DNA of 64,000 nt from an uncultured Candidatus Saccharibacteria bacterium (GCA_964364285.1 CAYIKZ010000003.1:2491-66490), one strand, 5' to 3'; counted from the first letter of the stretch, positions 28,074 through 37,738 are shown. Program-made: numbers and translations. Notes: generated by a model from the letters alone, not told the origin.

Positions 28074-29360
28074 ATGAGTTACTTACGAAACAAAAATAAA
28101 ATAACAATAGCGGTACTGATTTTAACCTTGGGACTTTACACAGTCCCTTTTTCTGCTTTTGGAGCAACTATTTCAGAGATTGAAGTTCAAAAACAATCAA
28201 AACAAGCACTGCTTGAGCAGTTAAATAAGCAGATGCAAGAATATCAAAACCAGATTGCTCAAAAAAGGAAGCAATCTGCTTCCTTGTCTAATGAAATTGC
28301 TTTGTATGACATGGAAATACGAGCAACACAGATTCGTATTCAAGCAACTAGAACAAATGTTGAAAACACGCAGTTGCAGATTCAACAAACCCAGATACAA
28401 ATAACAGAAAAAACAGATCAGATTGAACAAGGGAAAAAACTTCTAGCGGAATTGATTATCACCTTAAACGAATATGACAACACATCTAATCTCCAGCTTG
28501 GTCTAGGTGCAAGTAACTTTTCAGCATTCATGGATCAGGTTCAGTATGCTCAATCACTTCAAAGCAGAATTTTTGGTTTGATTCAGCAAATTAAAGAAAT
28601 ACGAGCTAAACTACAGAAAGATGAAGAAGAGCTACAAATTAACTTAAACAAGCTAAATGATTTAAATGATCAGCTTTCTTTAACTCAAAAAGCTTTAAAC
28701 AACCAGAAAAGCTCTAGAGTTGTTTTGCTCCAACAAACAAAAGGACAAGAAAGTAAGTATCAGAAGCTTTTAACAACAACCCAAGAAGAACAAGCTAAGA
28801 TAAATAAAGAGATCTATGATTTAGATCAACAGATGCGTGGTAAAACAGGCTTCAACGCATTAAAAGCTGTGCACGGCATTTTGGCGTACCCGATGGACGG
28901 TGTGTTAACTCAAAAATATGGTAACACTGGTTTTACAAAACTTGGTTATGATTTTCATAACGGTATAGATTTAGCAGCACCCGCAGGAACATCTATATAC
29001 GCTGCTGGTGATGGCGTTGTATATTCTACAGGAACGGGTAAAACCGCATACGGTAACTGGGTAACTATTAAGCACACCGCAGGAGGTAAGCTAACCAAGG
29101 ATATTATTACCCTCTATTCCCATATGACAAAGTTTATTGTAGTTGCTGGGCAGCAAGTAAAACAAGGGGATTTAATCGGGTACGAAGGTAATACAGGTAA
29201 CACAACCCGCCTGCTCTATGGACCTGAAAGGGGATACCACCTGCATTTTGGGGTATATGACGCAGAAGGTTTTGGTATCAAAAACGGCGCATATCCAAAT
29301 ATTTATGGTCCTTACAGAATTCCATATGGATATACATACAATCCAATGGATTTCTTGTAA
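28074..29360 (+). CDS. M23/LytM-family metallopeptidase with an N-terminal signal/TM and a long coiled-coil (EnvC-like)
   Basis: C-terminal HNGIDLAAPAGTSIYAAGDGVV ... HLHFGV matches M23 zinc ligands. The N-terminal half is Gln-rich heptad repeats. An extended -10 (TGgTATACT) lies upstream at ~28058-28066. Confidence 0.8.
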   Translation: MSYLRNKNKITIAVLILTLGLYTVPFSAFGATISEIEVQKQSKQALLEQLNKQMQEYQNQIAQKRKQSASLSNEIALYDMEIRATQIRIQATRTNVENTQLQIQQTQIQITEKTDQIEQGKKLLAELIITLNEYDNTSNLQLGLGASNFSAFMDQVQYAQSLQSRIFGLIQQIKEIRAKLQKDEEELQINLNKLNDLNDQLSLTQKALNNQKSSRVVLLQQTKGQESKYQKLLTTTQEEQAKINKEIYDLDQQMRGKTGFNALKAVHGILAYPMDGVLTQKYGNTGFTKLGYDFHNGIDLAAPAGTSIYAAGDGVVYSTGTGKTAYGNWVTIKHTAGGKLTKDIITLYSHMTKFIVVAGQQVKQGDLIGYEGNTGNTTRLLYGPERGYHLHFGVYDAEGFGIKNGAYPNIYGPYRIPYGYTYNPMDFL

Positions 29361-29403
29361 TCTTCTCTAATATTTGATATTTTAATAGTGTTAAACAATC
29401 CTG

Positions 29404-30477
29404 ATGAAAGAAAAAACAAAACTAAGACTCAAGACCATAATACTAGCGCTAGCAGTTTTAAGTAGCGCCCCTTTTATTGTGCCACAGTTTGCACACGCTG
29501 ATGTTAACTCGTTATTAAGAGGCCAAATCTGTGAACCTGATATGGAAGGAGTTGATTCTGGTTTCAATGTTGGTAGGTGTATAAACAACATATACATCTT
29601 TGCAATTAGCATTGCTGGGTTTTTAGCTGTTTTAATGTTTGTTTTAGCGGGATATCAATATATCACAGGGACATCTGAATCAATCAGCGAAGCGAAGAAA
29701 ATAATGGGGTCAACAGTACTTGGTCTTGTTATTCTTTTTAGCACGTACATCATCTTAAACACCGTAGATCCAAACTTAACAAAAGTCCCAGCACTTGTTG
29801 CGCCGCAGGTGAATTGTAATCAGGTGTCCACGACAACAGGTAAAACAGAAAACATCTGCGCAGATTTACCAGACCAATTTCCATTTCCCTTAGATGCCAA
29901 TGGAAATCCAGTGGGTATGGATGGAGGAAAGATTGTTAATTCAGGATCCACAATTCAGCCACCACCAAGCAATAATAACTTACCAGCAGGAAGCAAAACA
30001 ATCCAACCATGCACAAACTGTATAGATCTCTTAACTGGCTTAAATATTATTGTTAAACGAGTAACTGATCCGAATAGAGTTAAGCAATACTACTTAAACA
30101 AGAACCTAGCTCAGAAACTAGTCAATTTGAATTACTATTTCGCAAACGAAAGAGCAGCGAATAGTGGTTTTACACCTGCAACTAAACTAAATTGGCGTGT
30201 TACTGAAGCTTGGCCTCCAACAGTTGCTCATAAGTCTGATTGTCATTTTGATGGCACCTGCGCTGATATAGCTATTGATAACAGAGACAAGTATACAAAG
30301 GGAGAGCTAATCCAAGGTATAAAAATACTGTGTACATCTGCAAAAAAAGCAGGTCTAGATATTTTAAACGAGTATTTTGAGTTCACACCCAAAGAATTAG
30401 CAGGCGACACAGGATCAAATTGTGGTGTACCTACTAAAACTGATTACAGCACTGTAGGACATCTTCATGTTAAATAA
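29404..30477 (+). CDS. Secreted/membrane protein: T4SS-pilin-like N-domain (signal peptide, Cys pair, 2 TM) + Gly/Pro-rich linker + C-terminal LAS-superfamily (peptidase M15-like) zinc-peptidase domain
   Basis: The N-terminus resembles TrbC/VirB2-type pilins. The C-terminal WRVTEAWPPTVAHKSDCHFDGTCADIAIDN ... STVGHLHV carries the H...D...HxH pattern of LAS (VanY/M15-like) peptidases. Confidence 0.45.
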   Translation: MKEKTKLRLKTIILALAVLSSAPFIVPQFAHADVNSLLRGQICEPDMEGVDSGFNVGRCINNIYIFAISIAGFLAVLMFVLAGYQYITGTSESISEAKKIMGSTVLGLVILFSTYIILNTVDPNLTKVPALVAPQVNCNQVSTTTGKTENICADLPDQFPFPLDANGNPVGMDGGKIVNSGSTIQPPPSNNNLPAGSKTIQPCTNCIDLLTGLNIIVKRVTDPNRVKQYYLNKNLAQKLVNLNYYFANERAANSGFTPATKLNWRVTEAWPPTVAHKSDCHFDGTCADIAIDNRDKYTKGELIQGIKILCTSAKKAGLDILNEYFEFTPKELAGDTGSNCGVPTKTDYSTVGHLHVK

Positions 30478-30991
30478 GCGGTACAATTTAAATTACAAAC
30501 AAGCCGGTACACTCATAGCATTCCTTGTACTGGCTATTTTTGTATTTAGATTCCTTAATACTCAAAAAAACGAACCAAAGCTCTTAAACAACAATCAAGA
30601 ATTTGAAATTGGTCTATGTCGAACCTGTGAAGTTATAAAAGACAAGGAATTAATAATTGATGAAGACCGTGGTGAATATCTAGATTCAAGTTTAATAAAA
30701 AAATTAGAGATACTAGCAGGGGATAATAAAGACTGGAGAATCACCGAAGCATATCCGCCAACCGTCCAACATATCAGCTTTTGTCATCAAAATGGCACCT
30801 GCGCTGATATAGCGCTTCAAAGGAATCTACTTAATGCTGATAGTTTGTCTGAACTCTGTAAGGATGCGCTTGCTGCTGGTTTAACTGTTGTTAATGAATA
30901 CAGTAATTTAAAATACTATTCTCAGAATTCTTTTTGTCCTAAACCAAACATATTTGAGACAACAACAGGTGGGCACTTACATGTGTTCTAG
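30467..30991 (+). CDS. Membrane-anchored LAS/M15-like zinc-peptidase domain protein (paralog of the C-terminal domain of the upstream gene)
   Basis: One N-terminal TM helix, then DWRITEAYPPTVQHISFCHQNGTCADIALQ ... TTGGHLHVF, the same conserved block as 29404..30477. Confidence 0.45.
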   Translation: MLNKRYNLNYKQAGTLIAFLVLAIFVFRFLNTQKNEPKLLNNNQEFEIGLCRTCEVIKDKELIIDEDRGEYLDSSLIKKLEILAGDNKDWRITEAYPPTVQHISFCHQNGTCADIALQRNLLNADSLSELCKDALAAGLTVVNEYSNLKYYSQNSFCPKPNIFETTTGGHLHVF

Positions 30992-31184
30992 TTGTTTCTT
31001 TATATCCTTTGTCGCATAAGCTACATTGTGCGACTAGGGTTATATGGCAAAGAGAGTAGTCCCCTATAGCTTTAGGCTCGCATGTTGACGAGTAGTAAAT
31101 AATGAAGTAATATTTTTATAGCACTTGTGGGGGCTTCGGCTCCCTCGCGGTTAATACATAAACCGCAGACGGGTGCTTTTTAAT
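30992..31184. ncRNA. Candidate structured RNA or complex terminator region in a convergent intergenic spacer (class unknown)
   Basis: GC-enriched relative to the flanks. It holds several perfect hairpins (gtcgca...tgcgac; ggggg-CUUCGG-ctccc with a UUCG-type loop; gcggtt...aaccgc) and ends in gggtgcTTTTT. Confidence 0.25.
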
Positions 31185-31679
31185 TTAGTCGGTTTCTGGA
31201 TCGCCAGTGTATAGTTTCTTGCTCTTTGACCCATCAGACTTGCGTTCTGTCTTCCAAGATGGATATATGCTATGAAAATTCTTTGATCCGTCTTCTACTT
31301 CTTTTACTATGACTTTTACCCTTAATTCCCCTATTATAGCCACAAACACATAGTATCTAACTAACTTAAGTAATTTATTCCAAGTTCCTTTAGATTTTCT
31401 ACGTATAAACAGTTTTCTTTCATCATATTCTTGTAAAGTGCCTGATTTCTTTATAACGCTCACTGCTAAGGGTAATAATCTAAACCTAACATATTGATCG
31501 GTACGGGATCGAGTTTTGTTCCATTCCTTGAACACGATATGTTCAAAACCATCAGAATTAAAATGAACCTCTTCGCCATTGAAATACGGACACTTAATTG
31601 AGGTGACAGACCTGTAATAACTGTCCGCCTCGGTTTTTCTTTGATTAAATTTTTGTTTTGGTATGTTTTCTTCATTCAT
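31185..31679 (-). CDS. Hypothetical protein (164 aa, basic, no recognised domain)
   Basis: ORF with its own upstream region separated from pepN by a strong terminator. No motif recognised. Confidence 0.4.
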   Translation of the reverse strand: MNEENIPKQKFNQRKTEADSYYRSVTSIKCPYFNGEEVHFNSDGFEHIVFKEWNKTRSRTDQYVRFRLLPLAVSVIKKSGTLQEYDERKLFIRRKSKGTWNKLLKLVRYYVFVAIIGELRVKVIVKEVEDGSKNFHSIYPSWKTERKSDGSKSKKLYTGDPETD

Positions 31680-31729
31680 GTGTACATCTTAAAATACTGA
31701 ACATGAATAATTTATAAAATCAAACTACA

Positions 31730-31758
31730 AAAACCCAGATATTAATGATCTGGGTTTT
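31730..31758. terminator. Bidirectional rho-independent terminator downstream of pepN (cccagat-attaat-atctggg flanked by A- and T-runs)
   Basis: Perfect 7-8 bp stem with an AAAA prefix and TTTT suffix directly after the pepN stop (minus-strand sense). Confidence 0.65.
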
Positions 31759-31763
31759 AAAAC

Positions 31764-34364
31764 TTATCTAACTATTTTTATATATCCCTTTATACTCTCA
31801 ACATCTTTGTTTCTCCACGCCACATTAGCTCGTATTTGTTCTAAGGACTGCTGTATAGCTCTTTCTGCTGCAGGAGCTAAGTTTTTCTTAAAAAACTCTG
31901 ATATATCATCCGCGTCTTTTGTGGTTGTAAAGAATTCTAGAGAACTTGCAATTCTAGAAAGTGAGTGTCCCCCATCTCCAAACTTGTTTAGCAAGTATTT
32001 CCAATTTTGCTTAACAAATTTCCATGCTAGATGTTTACTGTTTCTCGCTGAAAACGCAACTGCAAGGAATAGTGTTGTGTCTTGATTACGGACTTCTTTA
32101 GAAAGGAAAAACTTTAAAACATCTGCTACAATAGCTGGTTCTTTAAAAAGTGGTAATACTCTAGCAATACGATGCTTTTCCTCGTGTAATTTTGCGTGTT
32201 TGTAGATCTTTCGTAGTTGTTTGTATTCATCAAGCGCCCCATTTCCAGCAACAGCCGCATAAACAATTGATTTAATGTCAGGGTCTATGTGTTTTCCTTT
32301 AAGTAATGACTTAAACAACACCTTGCATTTTACAATTACCTTTTCATCTTTGTATTTAACTGCATTAGCTAGTATTAAAGACCTTAGGAGACCATCGGTA
32401 TGTGATTCTTTTGGTTTCTTGCTCCAATCAACTTTCTTAACCATTGGTGAAAAGATGTTTCTGCAATATGTTTCAAAATCTTTTCTGAATGGCTCATTCT
32501 CTAAAATCCTAGAAAGGTGAGAAAGACCTGATGATATCTCAACCCAAACATTATAGTTATCTTCGTTCTTGTAAGCTTCTAGAAGATGTAAAACATCTGT
32601 TGTGGGTATATATCCACCCTGAGCAAGCGCAAAAGCATTACTAATTAATCCTAAACGGTCTTTAGGATCAAGTTTCTTCTTCAAAACTGCGTCTTTAAGG
32701 TCTTCTAAGAATGCGTGTTGGTACTTAACACGATAAAAACCGGTTTCGTTAAGATTCAGTTTGAGCCACTCCCCTTTTTTCAAAGGCTTAATTACTGAAG
32801 ATGCTTTTTCAATTAAAATATTTTCTGTTTTATTATTACTTTTAAAAACTGAAGCAGGAACTTTCCAAAGTGTTTTTTTCTTGTTTGTTTTTCTTGAAAC
32901 TGGGCTTGAGAAAAAGCGCTCTTGAGACAAAGAAATATTTCCTTTAGCATCTTTTGTTTCAACAGAAAGCACCGGATATCCTGCTTGCCTGGTCCAAGTG
33001 CGCATCATTGGGGCGATTTTCTTTCCAGAAACTTTTTCAAAAGCACGCCACAGATCTTCAGTAATGGCATTACCATATGCGTGTTTCTTTAGATAGTGTC
33101 TTAAACCATCTCTAAAATCTTTTTCTCCCAAGTAATTTGCAAGCATACGGATAATGCTTGATCCTTTTGAATAACTGACAGTATCAAAAATCTCGTCAAT
33201 CTCCTTGGGATGATGTACTTCTATTTCAATTGGATGAGTGTTTTTTAGCGCATCAAGACTCAAAGCAAGCCCTAAGTCTCCAAAAACGAACTGATCCCAC
33301 ATTTTCCAAGAAGGAAATATATGATCTAGCGCAAGATATTCGATATATGAAGCAAAGCCTTCATTCAACCAAAGATCAGTCCACCAATCCATTGTTACTA
33401 AGTTTCCAAACCATTGATGCGCTAGTTCATGGGATATTGTTAACGCAACACGTTGTTTTGTTGAAAGTTCTGAATGATCCGAATCAATTAAAAGCGAAGT
33501 CTCTCTGTAAGTAACGGCACCCCAATTTTCCATGGCTCCTGCAGAAAAGTCTGGAAGAGCAATCATATCTAAAACAGGCAAAGGGTACTTAATATCAAAA
33601 TACTGCTCATAGAAATCAAGAGCTTTTATAGCAACGCTTAAAGCAAACTCAACTTGTTTCTTCTTGCCAGGTGTTACAAACACTCTTACCAAAACTTTGT
33701 TCTTAGTTTTACCTTCGATGAATTCAAAATTACCGACTATGAAAGCAAGTAAATATGTTGACATCTTAGGAGTTGGAGCGAACTTAACTATTTCCCAGCC
33801 TTGGTGTTCTTGTATGGATATTGGTAATGTATTTGATATTGCATGTAAACCTTTTTCAACCATCAAAGTAACATCAAAAATTGCTTTTGCTGATGGTTCA
33901 TCAAAACAAGGAAAAGCATTTCGCGCAAAAGTTGATTCAAATTGCGTAGTTGCAATGTGTTTTGTCTTACCCTCGTGTTCATAACTGCTTCTGTAAAAAC
34001 CATTCAAACGATCTTCTAACAAACCTTTAAACTTAATGCCAAGCTCTCCCCTGCCCTTTGGTAATTTTGTTCTGAACGAAAAAACCGCGGTCTCAGAAAC
34101 AATGTCATATTTAATCTTTGCTTTGTGTTTTTTCTTTAAATCAAAATATTCTACGGATTCAATAACCAAACCCTTAGAGTGAAGCACTATCTCACTGGTC
34201 GCTTTCAAAAGCATTAAAGAGATTGTTTCTTCTGCCTCATACTTAAAATCTTTTAAATCTGGTTTAATGAAAATTTTGTAACGTTCAGGTAGAACGCTTT
34301 TTGATAATCTTACTTTCTTGTTTTTCATATACCTTAGTTTAACAAAAACAACAAAGACCTGCAT
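31764..34364 (-). CDS. pepN: Aminopeptidase N (M1 family zinc metallopeptidase)
   Basis: GAMENWG exopeptidase motif and HELAHQWFGNLVT...x18...LWLNEGFA zincin signature. Confidence 0.9.
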   Translation of the reverse strand: MQVFVVFVKLRYMKNKKVRLSKSVLPERYKIFIKPDLKDFKYEAEETISLMLLKATSEIVLHSKGLVIESVEYFDLKKKHKAKIKYDIVSETAVFSFRTKLPKGRGELGIKFKGLLEDRLNGFYRSSYEHEGKTKHIATTQFESTFARNAFPCFDEPSAKAIFDVTLMVEKGLHAISNTLPISIQEHQGWEIVKFAPTPKMSTYLLAFIVGNFEFIEGKTKNKVLVRVFVTPGKKKQVEFALSVAIKALDFYEQYFDIKYPLPVLDMIALPDFSAGAMENWGAVTYRETSLLIDSDHSELSTKQRVALTISHELAHQWFGNLVTMDWWTDLWLNEGFASYIEYLALDHIFPSWKMWDQFVFGDLGLALSLDALKNTHPIEIEVHHPKEIDEIFDTVSYSKGSSIIRMLANYLGEKDFRDGLRHYLKKHAYGNAITEDLWRAFEKVSGKKIAPMMRTWTRQAGYPVLSVETKDAKGNISLSQERFFSSPVSRKTNKKKTLWKVPASVFKSNNKTENILIEKASSVIKPLKKGEWLKLNLNETGFYRVKYQHAFLEDLKDAVLKKKLDPKDRLGLISNAFALAQGGYIPTTDVLHLLEAYKNEDNYNVWVEISSGLSHLSRILENEPFRKDFETYCRNIFSPMVKKVDWSKKPKESHTDGLLRSLILANAVKYKDEKVIVKCKVLFKSLLKGKHIDPDIKSIVYAAVAGNGALDEYKQLRKIYKHAKLHEEKHRIARVLPLFKEPAIVADVLKFFLSKEVRNQDTTLFLAVAFSARNSKHLAWKFVKQNWKYLLNKFGDGGHSLSRIASSLEFFTTTKDADDISEFFKKNLAPAAERAIQQSLEQIRANVAWRNKDVESIKGYIKIVR

Positions 34365-34396
34365 CCCCCAAGGTACAGGTCTTATCTTTTGAAAGT

Positions 34397-35089
34397 CTAA
34401 TTCTCAACTATAGCTTGAATATGTTCTACGTATTTTCTAAAAATAGGGTCATCTTTCTGTCTTGGTCTCTTTAGATCAATAGTTATTTCCCGTCTGATTT
34501 TACCCTTGTCCATTATCACTACTCGGTCAGCCAAAAGCACTGCTTCCTCAATTGAATGAGAAACCATTAAAACCGTCAGTTTGTTTGTTCTCCAGAGCCC
34601 CAAAAGCAATGAATATAGCTCTTCAGCTATCTTTATGTCTAAAGCTGAAAAAGGCTCGTCTAAGAGCAATATTTTGCGTTTTACAGCCATTGCTCTAGCT
34701 ATACCAACCCTTTGTTTCTGACCCCCAGAAAGCTCCTTAGGATACTTGTTTTCAAAGGTCTTGATCCCAAGCTCAGAAAGGAGCTGCTCTATCTGCTGTT
34801 TTGGGGCATTTAACCCTTCAACCATAAAAGGAAAAGAAACATTTTGTTTTACAGTGAGCCAAGGAAGAAGTGCGCTATTCTGAAAAACCATCGCACTTTG
34901 ATCATCTGTATGTACAACACCTTTGCTTGGTTCTATCAATCCCGCCACAATTTTTAACAAAGTAGTTTTACCACTCCTCGATTCTCCCACAATACAAACA
35001 AACTCAGATGAATCAATATTTAAATCAACATCATTTAAAATCTCTGTCTCCCCGTAATATTTATATATGTTTTCAAGGATTATCTTCAT
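34397..35089 (-). CDS. ABC transporter ATP-binding protein (NitT/TauT-like)
   Basis: Walker A GESRSGKTT, signature LSGGQKQRVGIARA and Walker B ILLLDEP. Confidence 0.85.
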   Translation of the reverse strand: MKIILENIYKYYGETEILNDVDLNIDSSEFVCIVGESRSGKTTLLKIVAGLIEPSKGVVHTDDQSAMVFQNSALLPWLTVKQNVSFPFMVEGLNAPKQQIEQLLSELGIKTFENKYPKELSGGQKQRVGIARAMAVKRKILLLDEPFSALDIKIAEELYSLLLGLWRTNKLTVLMVSHSIEEAVLLADRVVIMDKGKIRREITIDLKRPRQKDDPIFRKYVEHIQAIVEN

Positions 35090-35882
35090 TCGAATTTAAA
35101 CCTTTCACCGTATTCAGTTAATCTATGCCAAACTAAACGGTCCACAATTAAAATCAAAGCAACTAAGACAAGGAGAGATGCGACGAACAAACCAATGTTG
35201 TACCCTGCTGAAACAGACAAAAGATTTCCTAACCCTGGCAAACTAATCTGAATGTTTCCGTAATTTATGTATTCAGAGATTATGATCACATTCCAACCTT
35301 CTCCGAAAGAAAGAATTGAACCTATTACAAGTTGTGGAAAAATTCCTGGAAGTATAACTTTAAAAACATTTGAATTCCTTTTGCATTGTAAACCCTTGCA
35401 GCATCAAAGATTTCTTCTGGGATTAAATGTAACCCTCCTAGAGCTCCAAACAGGATTGACCAGAACATGGCTATTACTAAAACAAGTTGTGCTGCTAGCT
35501 CTGCTAAATGTAGTTGCGCAAAAACAACAATTATTAAAGGAAAGAAAGCAAGGACAGGAACGCTTTGCAATATATCAAAGATTGGTACTAGGAAGTTTTC
35601 AACTTTTTTGTGTCTAGTAACAACAAAAACTGCTAGAAGCGCTAAAAATAAGGAAACAAAATATGCGGCACAAAGCCTTAAGAAAGTATACCCAGAATAC
35701 AGCAGTAATTGAGTTATTGACACATCTTTAAATATCAAAAAAAACTTTGATAAATCTATTGTCTTAAACCCGCTTTCTAGATATATAGCTAGAGTGGCAA
35801 TAATCAAAAAGCTGAGTATGTAAAAGAATACTCTGCCACCAAAAGTGTGCTTTCTAAGATGATATTTTGTATGCCTGAACAT
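35086..35882 (-). pseudogene. ABC transporter permease split by a -1 frameshift in an A5/T5 homopolymer (ORFs 35325..35882 and 35086..35289). Either a sequencing error or a pseudogene
   Basis: The upstream ORF ends ...EEIFDAARVYNAKGIQMFLKLYFQEFFHNL*. The other frame continues KVILPGIFPQLVIGS...ISEYINYG, which matches the conserved permease EAA-loop / F-x-K-V-x-LP block. One extra T in the run at 35362-35366 restores a ~260-aa permease. Confidence 0.6.
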
Positions 35883-35903
35883 TTTTGTTTTAAGGTCTTG
35901 TTT

Positions 35904-36176
35904 TTAAGGGTAGACCTGGGTACCGTCTTCTTCGTAAAGGTAAATCGCAAGTGTTGGGCAGCTTTGTGCCGCAAGCATCAAAGTATCGTCATCAACAGCG
36001 CTTACTTCAAGCATATCAACATCTGTTTTTCCAGAGTCTCTAATGCCGTCTTTTTTTAAAATCACAGCTTTGTTATCATCATCTAACTGAAAAACTTCTG
36101 GGTACAAAGCAACACAAGAAGCCGCGCCAATGCACAGTTCCCTATCAACCATCAGGTATTTAATCTTTCCCGCCAT
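35904..36176 (-). CDS. Small ferredoxin (mono-cluster 4Fe-4S/3Fe-4S type)
   Basis: The Cys pattern CIGAASC ... CP in a 90-aa acidic protein resembles Fer4_13/15-type ferredoxins. Confidence 0.5.
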   Translation of the reverse strand: MAGKIKYLMVDRELCIGAASCVALYPEVFQLDDDNKAVILKKDGIRDSGKTDVDMLEVSAVDDDTLMLAAQSCPTLAIYLYEEDGTQVYP

Positions 36177-36442
36177 TATTTCATCTCCACGTATTTAATA
36201 TTTTTTAAATTAGGGCAAGCTTCTTGGATGTATCTATTCAATATCTTTCCGTATGTAATAGGAGCCATAGGACAACCCGCGCAATGTCCTTTTAAAGCAA
36301 GAACAACCTCGTCCTCAGTTGCTTTAATGATCTCAACACCACCTTGATGCGCTTTAACAATCGGATCAATCTTAGCAATCTGTTCTCTTACAGCAGCAAG
36401 TATTGTCTTGTCCATTATTGAAATACCAAGATTTGAGTTCAT
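36176..36442 (-). CDS. NifU-like (Nfu) Fe-S cluster assembly/delivery protein
   Basis: GHCAGCP motif of the NifU C-terminal domain. Adjacent to cysteine desulfurase. Confidence 0.65.
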   Translation of the reverse strand: MNSNLGISIMDKTILAAVREQIAKIDPIVKAHQGGVEIIKATEDEVVLALKGHCAGCPMAPITYGKILNRYIQEACPNLKNIKYVEMK

Positions 36443-36451
36443 AACTAGATA

Positions 36452-37684
36452 TTAATGCTTTTTGTTTAAGGATTCAACTCTACGCAGTTCTTTGATTATT
36501 GACCCGCTTACTTTAACAAACTGATCAAGATCAAATTTTTTAGTAGCTCTTCCAAGAGTTATACGTACACTTGCCTTAGCGTCATACTTGTCCAAACCAA
36601 TTGCTAAAAGAACATGTGACGGATCAAGGCTCGTTGAAGCACAAGCAGAGCCAGTTGAAACAGCAAACCCTTGAGCATCAAGATACAAAAGCAACGCTTC
36701 TCCGTCTATACCAACAAATGAAAAATTAACATTATTTGGTAAACGCAAAATATTTTTCTCTGAATCTTTTTCAACAGAAGGACCATTTAATATTGAACCT
36801 GGAATTGTTTTTTGAATCCTTGAGATCAAATAGTTTCGCAGAATTCTTAATCTTTTGTTTTCTGACTTTTTCAAACGTTCAGCAATCTCTAATGCTTTTG
36901 CAAAACCAATAATCCCGGGGGTATTTTCTGTTCCCGAACGCAAACCTCTTTCCTGTCCCCCGCCATAGATCAAAGGCTTTAATTTAACCCCATTTCTTAT
37001 ATACAACAAACCAATTTGTTTTGGTCCATAAATCTTGCTTGCATTCAAAGTCATTAAATCAACACCTAGCTTGTTAACATTCAAATCCAAAGCACCTGCT
37101 GCTTGGCACGCATCAGTGTGCAAAAGAATCTTTTGTTCCCTATTTAAATTTTCTTTCCTAATTACTTTAGCTAACTCGTTTATTGGTTGAACAGTTCCAA
37201 TTTCGTTATTTGCATAAATCACACTAACTAAAACTGTATTCTTTTTAATTGCTTTAACAAGCTCTTTTGAATTAACAAAACCCTGATTATTAACTTTGAG
37301 TATTGTTAATTCAACGCCCTCACCTTTTAAAGCTTTTGCGCTTTCTAAAACAGCATGATGTTCAATTGCAGAAACTATGATGTGTGGTTTTTTGAATCCA
37401 GAAGAAATTGCTTGTCTTACAACCCCAAACAAAGCAAGGTTAACAGATTCAGTTCCACCACCTGCGAATATTATCTCGCCTTCTCTCGCTCCTAATATAT
37501 TTCCGATTGTTTTTCTTGCTGTATCAATATCAAACTTAGCTTCCATTCCAAGCTCATAAATACTAGAAGCATTACCAAACTTTTTTGATAGGTATGGTTG
37601 CATAGCACGAACAACCTCTTGATCTAGAGGTGTTGTCGCGGCATGATCTAGATATATTAACTTTCTCTTTTTATTCCCTAACAT
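36452..37684 (-). CDS. iscS: Cysteine desulfurase (NifS/IscS/SufS-like class V aminotransferase)
   Basis: The PLP-lysine region LMTLNASKIYGPKQIG matches the IscS consensus SGHKIYGPKGVG. The N-terminal LDHAATTP is also conserved. Confidence 0.85.
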   Translation of the reverse strand: MLGNKKRKLIYLDHAATTPLDQEVVRAMQPYLSKKFGNASSIYELGMEAKFDIDTARKTIGNILGAREGEIIFAGGGTESVNLALFGVVRQAISSGFKKPHIIVSAIEHHAVLESAKALKGEGVELTILKVNNQGFVNSKELVKAIKKNTVLVSVIYANNEIGTVQPINELAKVIRKENLNREQKILLHTDACQAAGALDLNVNKLGVDLMTLNASKIYGPKQIGLLYIRNGVKLKPLIYGGGQERGLRSGTENTPGIIGFAKALEIAERLKKSENKRLRILRNYLISRIQKTIPGSILNGPSVEKDSEKNILRLPNNVNFSFVGIDGEALLLYLDAQGFAVSTGSACASTSLDPSHVLLAIGLDKYDAKASVRITLGRATKKFDLDQFVKVSGSIIKELRRVESLNKKH

Positions 37685-37704
37685 ACAGCAAATTATCTCA
37701 TATT

Positions 37705-37732
37705 TGACCTATTTCTTCAATGTTCTAAAATT
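37705..37732 (+). promoter_or_regulatory. Sigma-70-like promoter (TTGACC - 16 nt - TAAAAT) driving the GC-rich structured element
   Basis: Near-consensus -35 and -10 with a 16-nt spacer. The predicted TSS at ~37739 coincides with the start of the GC-rich segment. Confidence 0.35.
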
Positions 37733-37738
37733 AAGTTG

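Noticed and set aside
21628-31175. Shared 11-mer aaaccgcagac at the 21628 terminator and in the 31150 structured spacer as evidence of a repeat family or mobile element
   Set aside because: Only two copies, a short match and different downstream sequence. Insufficient to call a repeat element.
35267-36059. Plus-strand ORFs 35267..35617, 35467..35712 and 35847..36059 overlapping the ABC permease and ferredoxin
   Set aside because: They overlap conserved minus-strand genes and have no recognisable domains. The real anomaly there is the permease frameshift.
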